Below, one piece after another: positions 26,118 to 36,500 of a stretch of 64,000 nucleotides of DNA. The number at the start of each line of letters is the position of its first letter. The stretch's first letter is position 1. The translations under genes and the position numbers were made by a program. The notes under the pieces are model-generated. The model saw nothing but the letters and a program-made list of their open reading frames with translations, was not told the origin of the DNA and searched no databases. Source of the stretch: Candidatus Desulfofervidus auxilii (GTDB lineage Bacteria > Desulfobacterota > Desulfofervidia > Desulfofervidales > Desulfofervidaceae); the NCBI GenBank assembly GCA_030262725.1, contig JAJSZS010000003.1:1-64000 (forward strand), read 5' to 3'.

Positions 26118-26268
26118 TTTTAAAAAAACATTACCTAATTTTTGCTTAGATATAGCTTTTGAGATACCAAAACATAGTTATAGTTTTATCTTAGGGTCAA
26201 GTGGGGCAGGAAAAAGTCTTACTTTAAAGATTATTGCAGGTTTGGATGATAAGTTACCATTTTGTTAA
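26104..26268 (+). pseudogene. ABC transporter ATPase, truncated about 40 aa after Walker A
   Basis: MLSVNFKK...ILGSSGAGKSLTLKIIAGLDDKLPFC then stop. Only about 110 bp remain before the convergent ruvB stop, so the ABC signature, Walker B and H-loop cannot be present. Confidence 0.7.
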
Positions 26269-26381
26269 AACAGCTGACTTGCCAGTAGAAGACAAAAAAT
26301 ATTTTAAAAAATTTGAAAAAGCAGGGAATAAAAGAAAAAGGAAATTAATGAAATAAAAAAATCTAATTCATAAAGATCAAC

Positions 26382-27389
26382 CTAAAATAACCTTGATTGT
26401 GTTCTTATTTCTTTACCGAGATGTTTATAGGCTAAAGGAGTGGCTATACGTCCTCTAGGTGTGCGTTGGAGATAACCATTTTGTACTAAATAAGGTTCAT
26501 AGACTTCAACAATAGTATCTTTTCCCTCACCAATAGCGGCTGCTAATGCTTCAATACCAACAGGGCCTCCATTAAATTTTTCAATAATAGTTAATAAAAT
26601 TTTTCTATCCAAGCTGTCTAAACCACATTTATCAATTTCAAGCATAGCTAATGCTTGATCAGCAATCTCTGCTGTAATAATACCATCTGCCTTTATTTGA
26701 GCAAAATCTCTTACTCGCTTTAAAAGCCTTAAAGCTACTCTAGGAGTGCCTCGAGCACGTCTGGCAATTTCTTCTGCACCTTCTGGATCTATTTTTATAT
26801 TTAAACGTTTAGCAGCTTGAAGAACAATTTTCTTTAAATCTTCTGGTTTATAAAAATCTATATAAAGAATAACACCAAATCTGTCTCTTAAAGGAGAAGT
26901 TAAAAGACCTGTACGAGTAGTAGCACCAATAAGTGTAAATTTGGGTAAGTCTATTTTTATTGTTCTGGCATTTGGGCCTTGACCAATAACTAGGTCAATT
27001 TTAAAGTCTTCCATAGCAGGATAGAGGATTTCTTCTACAACAGGGTGTAAACGATGAATTTCATCAATAAAAAGCACATCTCTAGGATTGAGGTTTGTCA
27101 AAATAGCTGCTAAATCACCTGGTCTTTCTAGAACAGGCCCTGATGTAGCCTTAAGATTAACATTTAATTCTTTAGAAATGAGATAGGCAAGGGTAGTCTT
27201 TCCAAGCCCAGGTAAACCATGAAGCAGCACATGGTCAAGAGCCTCTCCCCTTTCTTTAGCAGCTTCAATAAATATTTTTAATTTTGCCTTTAAACTATCC
27301 TGTCCCAAAAATTCTTCTAAAGATTGTGGACGTAATCCAATCTCTTCTTTTTCTTCTTTATTAAAAGGGTCAAGCAATCGATATGTCAT
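26382..27389 (-). CDS. ruvB: Holliday junction branch-migration ATPase RuvB
   Basis: [14 protein letters not shown] Walker A. Overall RuvB-like sequence. Confidence 0.95.
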   Translation of the reverse strand: MTYRLLDPFNKEEKEEIGLRPQSLEEFLGQDSLKAKLKIFIEAAKERGEALDHVLLHGLPGLGKTTLAYLISKELNVNLKATSGPVLERPGDLAAILTNLNPRDVLFIDEIHRLHPVVEEILYPAMEDFKIDLVIGQGPNARTIKIDLPKFTLIGATTRTGLLTSPLRDRFGVILYIDFYKPEDLKKIVLQAAKRLNIKIDPEGAEEIARRARGTPRVALRLLKRVRDFAQIKADGIITAEIADQALAMLEIDKCGLDSLDRKILLTIIEKFNGGPVGIEALAAAIGEGKDTIVEVYEPYLVQNGYLQRTPRGRIATPLAYKHLGKEIRTQSRLF

Positions 27390-28000
27390 TAGAGTTGCCT
27401 CAGTGTTTCTTTAATTAAATCTTCAAGCCTTGGCAATTGTGAAAACTTATTTAATGCTTTTTCTACTGCTTTTAAAGCCTCTTGCCTTTGATAACCAAGA
27501 TTTATTAAAGCAGAAATAGCATCTTCTTTCAAAGCTTCTTCTTTTTTCTTTTCTGTAGGTATTACTTTAGGCAAGACCTTATGTTTATCTTTTAATTCTA
27601 GCCAAATTCTTTGGGCTGCTTTTTGACCAATACCTGGAATAGCTTTAAGACGTCTTAAGTCCCCATTGTTTATAATTTCAGAAAATTCAGAAGGGGTTAT
27701 TCGAGAAAGGATATTTAATGCCAACTTTGGCCCAATCCCTGAAATTTCAATCAAAGTAGAAAAAAGCTCCTTTTCTTCTAAAGAAGAAAAACCATAAAGT
27801 TTTAAAACATTATCTTTAGAATAAGTATGAATATAAAGCTTTATATTTTCGCCTTTTTCAGGTAATTCAGAAAATGTACTTAAAGGCACTTCCACTTGAT
27901 AGCCTACTCCATTAACTAAGATAATAATATAATAAGGAAGTTTAAATAATAAAGTGCCCTCCAAATAACCAATCATATGCGTAGATAATTTAAATGACAC
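27389..28000 (-). CDS. ruvA: Holliday junction DNA helicase subunit RuvA
   Basis: [10 protein letters not shown]-terminus, HhH motifs ([11 protein letters not shown]), position upstream of ruvB. Confidence 0.9.
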   Translation of the reverse strand: MSFKLSTHMIGYLEGTLLFKLPYYIIILVNGVGYQVEVPLSTFSELPEKGENIKLYIHTYSKDNVLKLYGFSSLEEKELFSTLIEISGIGPKLALNILSRITPSEFSEIINNGDLRRLKAIPGIGQKAAQRIWLELKDKHKVLPKVIPTEKKKEEALKEDAISALINLGYQRQEALKAVEKALNKFSQLPRLEDLIKETLRQL

Positions 28001-28443
28001 AATGCTACTGCAAGGGCATCAGCAGCATTTTGAGTTGGTAATTCTTTTAAATTTAAAAGACGTTTTATCATTGCTTTTACTTGCTCTTTTTGAGCTAAAC
28101 CATAACCTACTACAGCCTTTTTCACCTCTAAAGGAGAATAAGCAAATACAGGTAAACCAAATCTTTCTGCTAAAAGTGTAGCTACTCCTCTAATTTGACC
28201 TAAGGTAAAAGCGGTTTTTACATTCAAAGATAAATATAAATCCTCAATAGCTACTTCATCAGGATTATAACTTTTTATTATTTCTTCCATTTTCTCATAA
28301 AAAATATAAAGTCGTTTTTGCAAAGGTTTATATCGAGGCAAATTAATCTCACCAAATGTTATACAAAAGATATTATGACCATTTTTTTCAACTATACCAT
28401 ATCCGCTTTGATAAGAGCCTAAATCCATACCTACAACTCTCAT
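27973..28443 (-). CDS. ruvC: Crossover junction endodeoxyribonuclease RuvC
   Basis: [20 protein letters not shown]-terminus, 156 aa. Confidence 0.9.
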   Translation of the reverse strand: MRVVGMDLGSYQSGYGIVEKNGHNIFCITFGEINLPRYKPLQKRLYIFYEKMEEIIKSYNPDEVAIEDLYLSLNVKTAFTLGQIRGVATLLAERFGLPVFAYSPLEVKKAVVGYGLAQKEQVKAMIKRLLNLKELPTQNAADALAVALCHLNYLRI

Positions 28444-29195
28444 TAAGCAGCTTCAGCCTCCATAATTTCTTCTGGAATATCAAAGTTAGTGTATACTTTT
28501 TGCACATCATCATGCTCTTCTAATGTTTCCATAAATCGCAAAATACGTTCTGCTTGTTGCCTATCAGTAATTTTAACAATATTTTGGCAAACCATAGTAA
28601 TCTCAGCCCTCTCATATTTTAATTGAGCCTCATCAAATGCTTGTTTCACTTTTTCAAAATCTTCAGGTGCAGTAATAACTTCATATTCATCTTCTTCACT
28701 TTTTACATCCTCAGCACCTGCTTCTATAGCTATCTCCATTAGTTTATCTTCATCTACTTTATCCTTATCAAATGCAATCACACCCTTTTTTTCAAACATC
28801 CAAGAAACACATCCTGTCTCACCAAGATTTCCACCAAATTTATTAAATAAGTATCTGATTTCACTTACTGTTCTGTTGCGATTATCTGTAAGTGCTGAGA
28901 TCAATACGGCAATTCCACTTGGCCCATAACCCTCATAAGTTACTTCTTCATAATATGTACCTTCTAATTCACCAGTACCTTTCTTTATAGCCCTTTCTAT
29001 ATTTTCTTTAGGCATATTTTCTGCTTTGGCTGCTTCTATAGCTGCACGTAAACGAGGATTATTGTTAGGATCACCACCACCTAGTCTAGCAGCTGTCATT
29101 ATCTCTCTCATCAATTTTGTAAATATCTTTCCTCTTTTTACATCCATAGCTGCTTTTTTTCTTTTTATCTGAGCCCATTTAGAATGACCTGCCAT
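28443..29195 (-). CDS. yebC: YebC/PmpR-family transcriptional regulator
   Basis: [32 protein letters not shown] is the canonical YebC N-terminus. Confidence 0.9.
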   Translation of the reverse strand: MAGHSKWAQIKRKKAAMDVKRGKIFTKLMREIMTAARLGGGDPNNNPRLRAAIEAAKAENMPKENIERAIKKGTGELEGTYYEEVTYEGYGPSGIAVLISALTDNRNRTVSEIRYLFNKFGGNLGETGCVSWMFEKKGVIAFDKDKVDEDKLMEIAIEAGAEDVKSEEDEYEVITAPEDFEKVKQAFDEAQLKYERAEITMVCQNIVKITDRQQAERILRFMETLEEHDDVQKVYTNFDIPEEIMEAEAA

Positions 29196-29210
29196 ATATA
29201 AATCCCTCCT

Positions 29211-29792
29211 TTATTTCTTTTTTAAACTAATAAGAAAAATTTCACGACTTTCTTGACGAGAGCTTTTAGGCTTATATATTTTGACAAAAGAAAAATGCCT
29301 TTTACACTCCATCAAAAAATCCTTCATTTCTTTACCTTCAAATATTTTTGAAACAAAATGTCCACCTGGTTTTAAAAGATTAATGGCAATTTCTAAAGCA
29401 CGCATTGCCAATTTGAAAGAACGATATGCATCAACATCTTTAATACCTGTAGTAGAAGGAGCCATATCACTTACTACTGCATCAAATAAACCAAATTTTT
29501 TTGCTTCTTCAAAATTCCAATTAAATACATCTCTTTGCCAAAAATGCACATAAGGCGGAGGATTACTCCATTTTATAGGATTGATATCAATACCCAATAC
29601 TATACCTTTTTTACCTACTATTTTAGCAATATATTGCAACCATGAACCAGGTGAAGAACCTAAGTCCAATACTTTATCTTGTTTTTTAAAAATATGATAT
29701 TTTTTATCTATTTCTTGAAGCTTATAAATGGATCTGGCAAAATAACCTTCTTTTTTTGCTTTTTTAAAAAAAGCATCCTTTAAATAAATCAT
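29211..29792 (-). CDS. rlmE: 23S rRNA (uridine-2'-O)-methyltransferase RlmE/FtsJ
   Basis: ARSIYKLQEID, DLGSSPGSWLQY, VVSDMAP motifs. Confidence 0.9.
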   Translation of the reverse strand: MIYLKDAFFKKAKKEGYFARSIYKLQEIDKKYHIFKKQDKVLDLGSSPGSWLQYIAKIVGKKGIVLGIDINPIKWSNPPPYVHFWQRDVFNWNFEEAKKFGLFDAVVSDMAPSTTGIKDVDAYRSFKLAMRALEIAINLLKPGGHFVSKIFEGKEMKDFLMECKRHFSFVKIYKPKSSRQESREIFLISLKKK

Positions 29793-29833
29793 ATTTCGTT
29801 TTTACCATAACTTAAAGAATTTGACAAAGAGCT

Positions 29834-31696
29834 TTATAACATCTCTTTCCTTATTTTTATCTCTGCTTTTTCTCGAAGCTGTCTTACCCAAGCTTGAAAT
29901 AGAGCTATTTGCCGGCGAATTAAAAGTCTCTTTTTAAATTCTTCCTTTTCTTTCTCATAATCTGCTTTATTGACTTTTTTACGTGATTTAAGTTTAAAAA
30001 GATAAAATTTATTCCCTATTTCAGCTATATCATTAAAATAAGGTTGATTTTTATCTAGGAAAAATAATTCTTTTTGTTTTAAATAAAAACCAATTTTTGG
30101 AATAGGCTCATCAGGAGAAAAAAATCCTGTTTCTGTCCATTTTAATTTTATTTTTTCTCCTTTTTTTAAAGCATTTAAAGTTTTTTCAGCCTTTTCCTTT
30201 GCTTTTCTTCTTGCTTCTTCTTTTATAAAATCTTCTTTTACTTTTTCTTTAACCTCATCAAATGTAGGAAAATGTTTAGGTTTTTCATCTTTTAATTGTA
30301 TTAAAAAATAGCTTTCTTTTGATTTTAATGGAGATGATATTCCTCCCTTTTTAAGAGAAAGTATTTGATCTTTTAAATTGTGCGGAATCTGTAAAGGCCA
30401 ATCTTTTTCACTAAAAAAATCTGTTTCTTGAATAGTTTTTTTATATTTTTTAGCTGCTTTTCTTAAATCATTTTCCAAGATAGCTTCAGCATAAATGCGA
30501 TTTGCTGTATTAAAAGCCATTTCTTTTGCCTTTTCTTTTTTCAAAACCATAATAATATGCTTTTTAACTTCTTTTAAAGGCTTTGTTCTTTCTTCTTTAA
30601 TATCATATACTTTGACAATATGAAAACCCAACTTTGTTCTTATAGGCTCAGAAATTTCTCCTTTTTTTAAAGAAAAAACAGCATCTTCAAATGACTTAAC
30701 CATTACTCCTTTAGGAAAACAACCAAGGTCTCCTCCCCTTTTTGCCGTTGCCTTATCCTCTGAATATTCTTTAGCTAATTTGACAAAATCTTCTCCTTTT
30801 TTTAACTTAGACAAAACTTCTTCTGCTTTCTTTTTAACCTTTTCCACTTTTTCTTTAGGTGCATCAGATGCTACACGAAAAAGAATGTGTCTGGCACAGA
30901 CTTTTTTAGGCTCATAGAATATATCTTTATTTGCCTCATAATATTTTTCTATTTCTTCATCAGTCAAATTTATTTTTTCTAAAAATTCTTTAGAAGAAAT
31001 CTTAAGATATACAAGCTTTAATTTGCGAGGGATTTCATATCTTTCTTTATGATCTTCAAAATATTTTTTTAAATCTGTTTCTTTTGGCTTAATCTCTTTA
31101 ATAAACTGATTTGGCTCAAAAGCAATAAATTCTAAATTTATTTTTTGATTTAACCAACGATATGTCTCATAAGCTTCAAGGTCAGAAACTTGAGCTAAAT
31201 CTTTAAAAATTTCTCTTATTCTTTTAATGATTAAATCTTCTCTTAATGATTGCTCAAATTCTGCAGGTGTATAATGATAATGTGATAGCACCATTTGATA
31301 ACGTTTAAGATCAAATTTTCCATCTTTTTGGAAAATCTTATAATTGCTAATTGTTTCCCATAATTCCATATCTGATACCATCAATCCCATTTTTTTTGCA
31401 GCTTGTAAGATGAGTTTTCTCTCAATTAATTGTTCAAGAACAGTCTGTTTTAAATTTAATTTTTTAATCCATTCTTCATCAAATTCCTTAAAGCGCGCTC
31501 TATAGTTTTCTAAAACTTGACGATAAGTATTGTAAAATTCTTTATAATAAATAGGTTCACCATTAACATAGGCAAGGATAGTAGCACGACGAGCACGAAA
31601 TGAACCTACACCCCAAAAGACAAAGACAATGATAATAATTGCAAAGGCAGCTTTTATAATCCAAGATTTGGCATGACGCCTCATGAACTTTAACAT
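29834..31696 (-). CDS. ppiD: Periplasmic chaperone / parvulin-type peptidyl-prolyl isomerase (PpiD/SurA-like)
   Basis: N-terminal membrane anchor, a long chaperone domain, and an internal parvulin motif (ARHILFRV...GGDLGCF). Confidence 0.75.
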   Translation of the reverse strand: MLKFMRRHAKSWIIKAAFAIIIIVFVFWGVGSFRARRATILAYVNGEPIYYKEFYNTYRQVLENYRARFKEFDEEWIKKLNLKQTVLEQLIERKLILQAAKKMGLMVSDMELWETISNYKIFQKDGKFDLKRYQMVLSHYHYTPAEFEQSLREDLIIKRIREIFKDLAQVSDLEAYETYRWLNQKINLEFIAFEPNQFIKEIKPKETDLKKYFEDHKERYEIPRKLKLVYLKISSKEFLEKINLTDEEIEKYYEANKDIFYEPKKVCARHILFRVASDAPKEKVEKVKKKAEEVLSKLKKGEDFVKLAKEYSEDKATAKRGGDLGCFPKGVMVKSFEDAVFSLKKGEISEPIRTKLGFHIVKVYDIKEERTKPLKEVKKHIIMVLKKEKAKEMAFNTANRIYAEAILENDLRKAAKKYKKTIQETDFFSEKDWPLQIPHNLKDQILSLKKGGISSPLKSKESYFLIQLKDEKPKHFPTFDEVKEKVKEDFIKEEARRKAKEKAEKTLNALKKGEKIKLKWTETGFFSPDEPIPKIGFYLKQKELFFLDKNQPYFNDIAEIGNKFYLFKLKSRKKVNKADYEKEKEEFKKRLLIRRQIALFQAWVRQLREKAEIKIRKEML

Positions 31697-31769
31697 ATCT
31701 CGGTTAATAGCATTTCAATTAAAAGAAGTCAACTTGCTACTAAGCATATTTCGTGATAATTTTTAAAAA

Positions 31770-33512
31770 ATGTCTAAAGAACATTTACTTGAACTTATAA
31801 AAATAATCTCTACAGCCCTAGGAGATGATATAGGTTTAAAAATAAAGGCTGGGAAATGGTGGTCTTATGATTTTGAAAAGAATGAAATTACCTTTCCAGA
31901 AGAGTTCTTACTTAATTATTCTCCTGAACAGGTAATAGGTTTTTCCATTCATGAAGCAGGACACAGACAAATAACCCGCATTGATTTAAGAAAAGAAGAA
32001 TTTAAACTTTTTTATTCTAAAAATTCTTTTAAATTGCTTTTAAGTGTTTTTGAAGATGCAAGAGCAAACAATTGGATGATCTCTTTATTTCCAGGTGCAA
32101 ATTATTATTTAGGCATTATTTATGATGAGCTTGTACCAGAAGATTTAACAACATCTCAATATCTTAAAAGTTTGCAAAAAGAGATTAAAGTGCCTGATCT
32201 TCATCCTTATATATTATATCCTTATTTAGAATATATTTTAGGAGTCATATATTATTGGCGTTTTAAAAAACTGCCAATTATTATAAATCAAAAAGCAAAA
32301 CAAGCATTAAAAAAGACTTTTTCTTATTTTGATGAAATTTTTAATTGCCTTCCAAAAAAAGATGCTGGTGAAAAGGAAAGATTTGTCTCTGGATATAAAG
32401 CAGTACAACTGATAAAGCAATATATATTTGAAGAATATAAAAAACTTATCAAAGAAAGCATTGAAAATGTATCTAAGGCATTAAAAGAAAATCAAATAGA
32501 ATCAGGTGGGAATATTTCTCAAAAGGATTTATATGGTCAGGCAATTGGTTTTATAGAAGAAAAGGCAAAGGAGTTAGCAGAAAAACTTTCTCCTAAAATC
32601 CAAAGACCAGATGAAGGAAATATAGAAAGACAAATAGGCATTCCTTCAACATCTTTACCACAATCCTTTTCAGAATTAACATTTAAAGATTTTATTAAAG
32701 AAACTAAAAGATTAGAAAAATGCAGACAATCTATTTGTCCTTATGAGCAATTTTATAATCAAATAGGAAATATTATTCAGCATCTTACAGGTGTTTTAGA
32801 AAATTATTTTTTAAAAAATCGAAGACTTCGCTATCAGGGATATTTTAAATCTGGTCAAAGACCTGATTTAAGAAAGGTTATGAATCAATCTAGGAAGATA
32901 CAGGAAAAGATTCCATTAGAAAAGGATGATTTGGCTGTATTTTTAAGACGTAAATTACCAACAGAAAGAGAACATAGAATTGCTTTGGTATTAGATGAAT
33001 CTGGTTCTATGTCAGAGCCAAAAAGAAGTGCAGCTTTAGCTGGTCTTTTACTTTTTATAGAAAGTTTAGAACAACTTAATATAGATTATGCAGTTATTGG
33101 TTTTTCTGAAACAGTAATTGTCCACAAGGAATTTGGGAAAGGTCTTAGTAGGGCTGAAAGAGAAAATCTTTTTGAAGAAGTTTCTATGTATATTCCATCT
33201 GGGCTTACAGCAGATGCTGATGCCCTTGCTCTTGCTATAAAACTTATACTTGAAGCACCAGAAGATATTATTAAACTTATTATTATGATTAGTGATGGAG
33301 AGGGAAATATTAATCGGACAGGAAAAAGTTTTGCAGAGTTGCAAGAAGAGGCTTTTAAAAAAGATATAACAGTTGTTGGCATTGGCTTAGGAGAAAGGGC
33401 TAGTAGTGTGTTAAAAAGGTATCAATTACCTATTTTAGTAAAGGAAATAAAAGAATTGCCAAAAACTTTAGCCAAAGTTTTAGAGGAAAGGATTGTATTT
33501 GAATGTCAATAA
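31770..33512 (+). CDS. HExxH putative metallopeptidase-like N-domain fused to a C-terminal von Willebrand factor A (vWA) domain (DUF2201-like?)
   Basis: SIHEAGHRQ (HExxH). vWA MIDAS motif IALVLDESGSMSEP ... IGFSE ... MISDGEGN. Confidence 0.7.
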   Translation: MSKEHLLELIKIISTALGDDIGLKIKAGKWWSYDFEKNEITFPEEFLLNYSPEQVIGFSIHEAGHRQITRIDLRKEEFKLFYSKNSFKLLLSVFEDARANNWMISLFPGANYYLGIIYDELVPEDLTTSQYLKSLQKEIKVPDLHPYILYPYLEYILGVIYYWRFKKLPIIINQKAKQALKKTFSYFDEIFNCLPKKDAGEKERFVSGYKAVQLIKQYIFEEYKKLIKESIENVSKALKENQIESGGNISQKDLYGQAIGFIEEKAKELAEKLSPKIQRPDEGNIERQIGIPSTSLPQSFSELTFKDFIKETKRLEKCRQSICPYEQFYNQIGNIIQHLTGVLENYFLKNRRLRYQGYFKSGQRPDLRKVMNQSRKIQEKIPLEKDDLAVFLRRKLPTEREHRIALVLDESGSMSEPKRSAALAGLLLFIESLEQLNIDYAVIGFSETVIVHKEFGKGLSRAERENLFEEVSMYIPSGLTADADALALAIKLILEAPEDIIKLIIMISDGEGNINRTGKSFAELQEEAFKKDITVVGIGLGERASSVLKRYQLPILVKEIKELPKTLAKVLEERIVFECQ

Positions 33513-36500
33513 TATTTTAACTAGTGTTTATCTTTCTTTAAAGGAAAATTTTAATTTTAATTTAAGGCATCTTAAAAGGGCTTCTGAAGCACTGGGGATT
33601 CTTTTAAATAAAATTGAACCTAAAAAGGCATTAATTGAGGCTTTAAAATATGGATTTACACAAACTATTGAAGAGGAAAAAATTATACAAAATATTTTAA
33701 ATCATCCATTTATTAAAGACATTGATTTGAAAAGAGATGATTTTAAAATTCAATCAAATAATGTTATTCCTGAGAATCTTGGAGATTTAATAAAGATTAT
33801 CGCTGAATCAACTCATGATTCGGATTTAAAAGAAGTATTTTATCTCCTTACACGACTTATTAGCCATAAGGATAAATCAATAGCTATTCCTGCCTTAAAA
33901 ATAGCTTTTGAAGTTTTGAATGCCACAGATATAAGAGAATTAATTTTAGAAGAAATTGAAGATAATTTAAGAGAAGATTGGTTAAGCCGTAGAATGGCAG
34001 CATTAGCATTAGCAGAGATTTATGCCAGTTTTATTAAAAATGGGAAAATCAATTATCTTTCTAATCTAGAAAGATTAATGCAAAAAGAGGATTTACATAT
34101 CCAAGCTGTTGTTGCCCCTATTATTGCCTCTGTTTATGCCCATTTAATAGTTAATGGAAAAAGTAAATACATAAGTCTTTTAAAAGAGATGAGTAAAAAT
34201 AAAAATCAAGATATTGCTCAAGCAGCTTATAAAGCGCTTGAAATAGTATATTTAGAGGAAATTAATAGAGGGAAAATACCAGATTTAAAAGAGATAGAAT
34301 GTATAATAGAAAATAGTGAAATTACATGGCAAATAATGGCTGTTAATACTTTAGCCCCTATTTATACTGCCCTTATTAAAAAAGGAAAGTATATTGATTT
34401 TGGAAGACTTGAAGAATTACTTAAAAGCCGTTATGGAGGATTAAAAGATGTTGTTGTGCGAGCTTTGGGAAAAATCTATTTAGCTCTTATTCAAATAGGG
34501 AAAGAACCAGAATTATCTAATTTAGAAATTATGCTTTCTGCTGATGATTGGCGTATACGATTAAGTACTGCAAATGTCCTTGGACGTCTTTATGGAGAAT
34601 TAGTAAAAAGAGGGAAAAAACCTCCTCTTGAAAAACTTGAAGCCCTTTTTAAAGATAGACATGGTTCGGTACGCAAAGCAGCTGCTGAAGCCATAGCTAA
34701 TGTATATTTGAAGTTTATTGAGAAAGGTGATAAGAGTGGTCTGAAAAGATTGGAAAAAATGCTTTATAAAGAAAATTGGTTACTTGCTAGAGTTGTTTCT
34801 ATCTCTTTAGCAAATATTTATTCCTTTCTTATACAAAAAGGTGAAATGCAATATTTGCCAAAACTTGAAAGGATGCTTGAAGGAGATGATTTTTACGTAA
34901 ATATTGTAACTATATCTTCTTTGGCTACAGTTTATATAAAGCTTATTGAAGATGGAAGGATTCCTCAATTAGAAAAATTAGAAAATATGTTATTTCATGA
35001 AGACCTTTATATCCGTATAGCCGCAGCCTCTTCCTTAGCTAGTGTTTATTCTAGTTTAATTTTAAAAGGACATAAAGAATATTTGGAAGATTTAGAAGAG
35101 ATGCTAAGTGGGGAGTGGTATACAAAAAAGGCTGCAGCTACTGTTCTTGTGAATACTTATGCCCATCTTATTGCACAAGGGGAAAGGCAATATTTAAGAG
35201 AGCTTGAAAGAATGATTGAAGCAAAAGATATAGATATAATTCAAGCAGTATCAAAAGTTTTAGGAAATGTTATTAAAAATATAGTTAAAGATAAAAAAGA
35301 AAAGCTTGATATAGCATTAGCTAAAATAGAATTGCTTTTAGAGCAAAAACTTTCTTCTCCTTTAAAAGGAAGTCTTTCTTCAGAAATAGAAATAACTCAA
35401 GAAAAAGTAAGAATAGGTTGTCTTGAATTAGAAAGGAAAAATTCCTTTCCACTCCCTGTCTGTGTATTTACTGAAAGTTCTTTTGAAATATTAAAAACCA
35501 TTTCTTTAGGCTATCTTTTAAACCATCCTGTTCTGTTATTAGGTCCAACTTCTACTGGTAAAAGTTTTCTTATTAAATGGCTTGCAAATCTTTTAGGTTA
35601 TGAACACATTTCTTATACTTTAAATCCATATTCTTCTAAATTTGAACTTATTGGAGGTATAAAGCCAGATAAAGAAGGAAAATTCATTTGGCAAGATGGT
35701 ATCATTTTAAAGGCAGTTAAAGAGGGAAAATGGCTTGTTCTTGAGGAAATAAATCTTGCTTCCTCAGATGTAATAGAAATATTAAATGACTATCTTACTA
35801 CTGGTAAATTCTTTTATTCTGAAAATGGACAGCAAAAAGAAATCATACCTCATCCTGATTTTCGTCTTTTTGCTACAGCCAATCCAGAAAGCTATAGTCA
35901 AAGACAGCGCCTTTCAGAAGTATTCTTATCTCGTTGGAAGATTTATTATCAAAAAGAACTCTCTGAATCAGAGATTGCTGAAATATTGAGCAGTTTATTT
36001 CAAATCCCAGCATCTCTTTCCCTTTTAATAGCTAGATTTCATAAAACTGTAGAGAAACAATCCCAAGCCCGTTTAATTGGTAAAGAAGAAAAAGACCCTT
36101 ATATTTATTCTTTAAGAGATATTTTAAGACTTGGAAAAAGATTAAAAAATAAAGACTTAAATTCTCTTAAAGATTTATTCCTTGAGCTCTATATTGTTTA
36201 TTTGGCTAGGATAAGAAATAAAACAGAAAGAGATGCACTTATTGCTTCTTTAGATGCCCATTTTGGCTTTAGAGCAAAAGGATTAAAATTAAAAGAAATT
36301 ATAGAAGAACAAAAAGAAAATCTTGATTTAAAAATTGAAAAGATTCAAGTAACAAATGGAGATGAATTTATTCCTAAAAAAGAGGCAGAAATTATTCCTA
36401 CATATTCACAAAAAGTTCTTCTTTCTCAAATTGTTTCAGCAATAATTCAAGCTGAGCCTGTTTTATTGGTTGGTATGCCTGCTTCTGGAAAAACTACACT

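Noticed and set aside
33066-33382. Two overlapping minus-strand ORFs inside the vWA gene
   Set aside because: They are antisense to a well-supported CDS with vWA motifs in frame. There is no independent coding signal.
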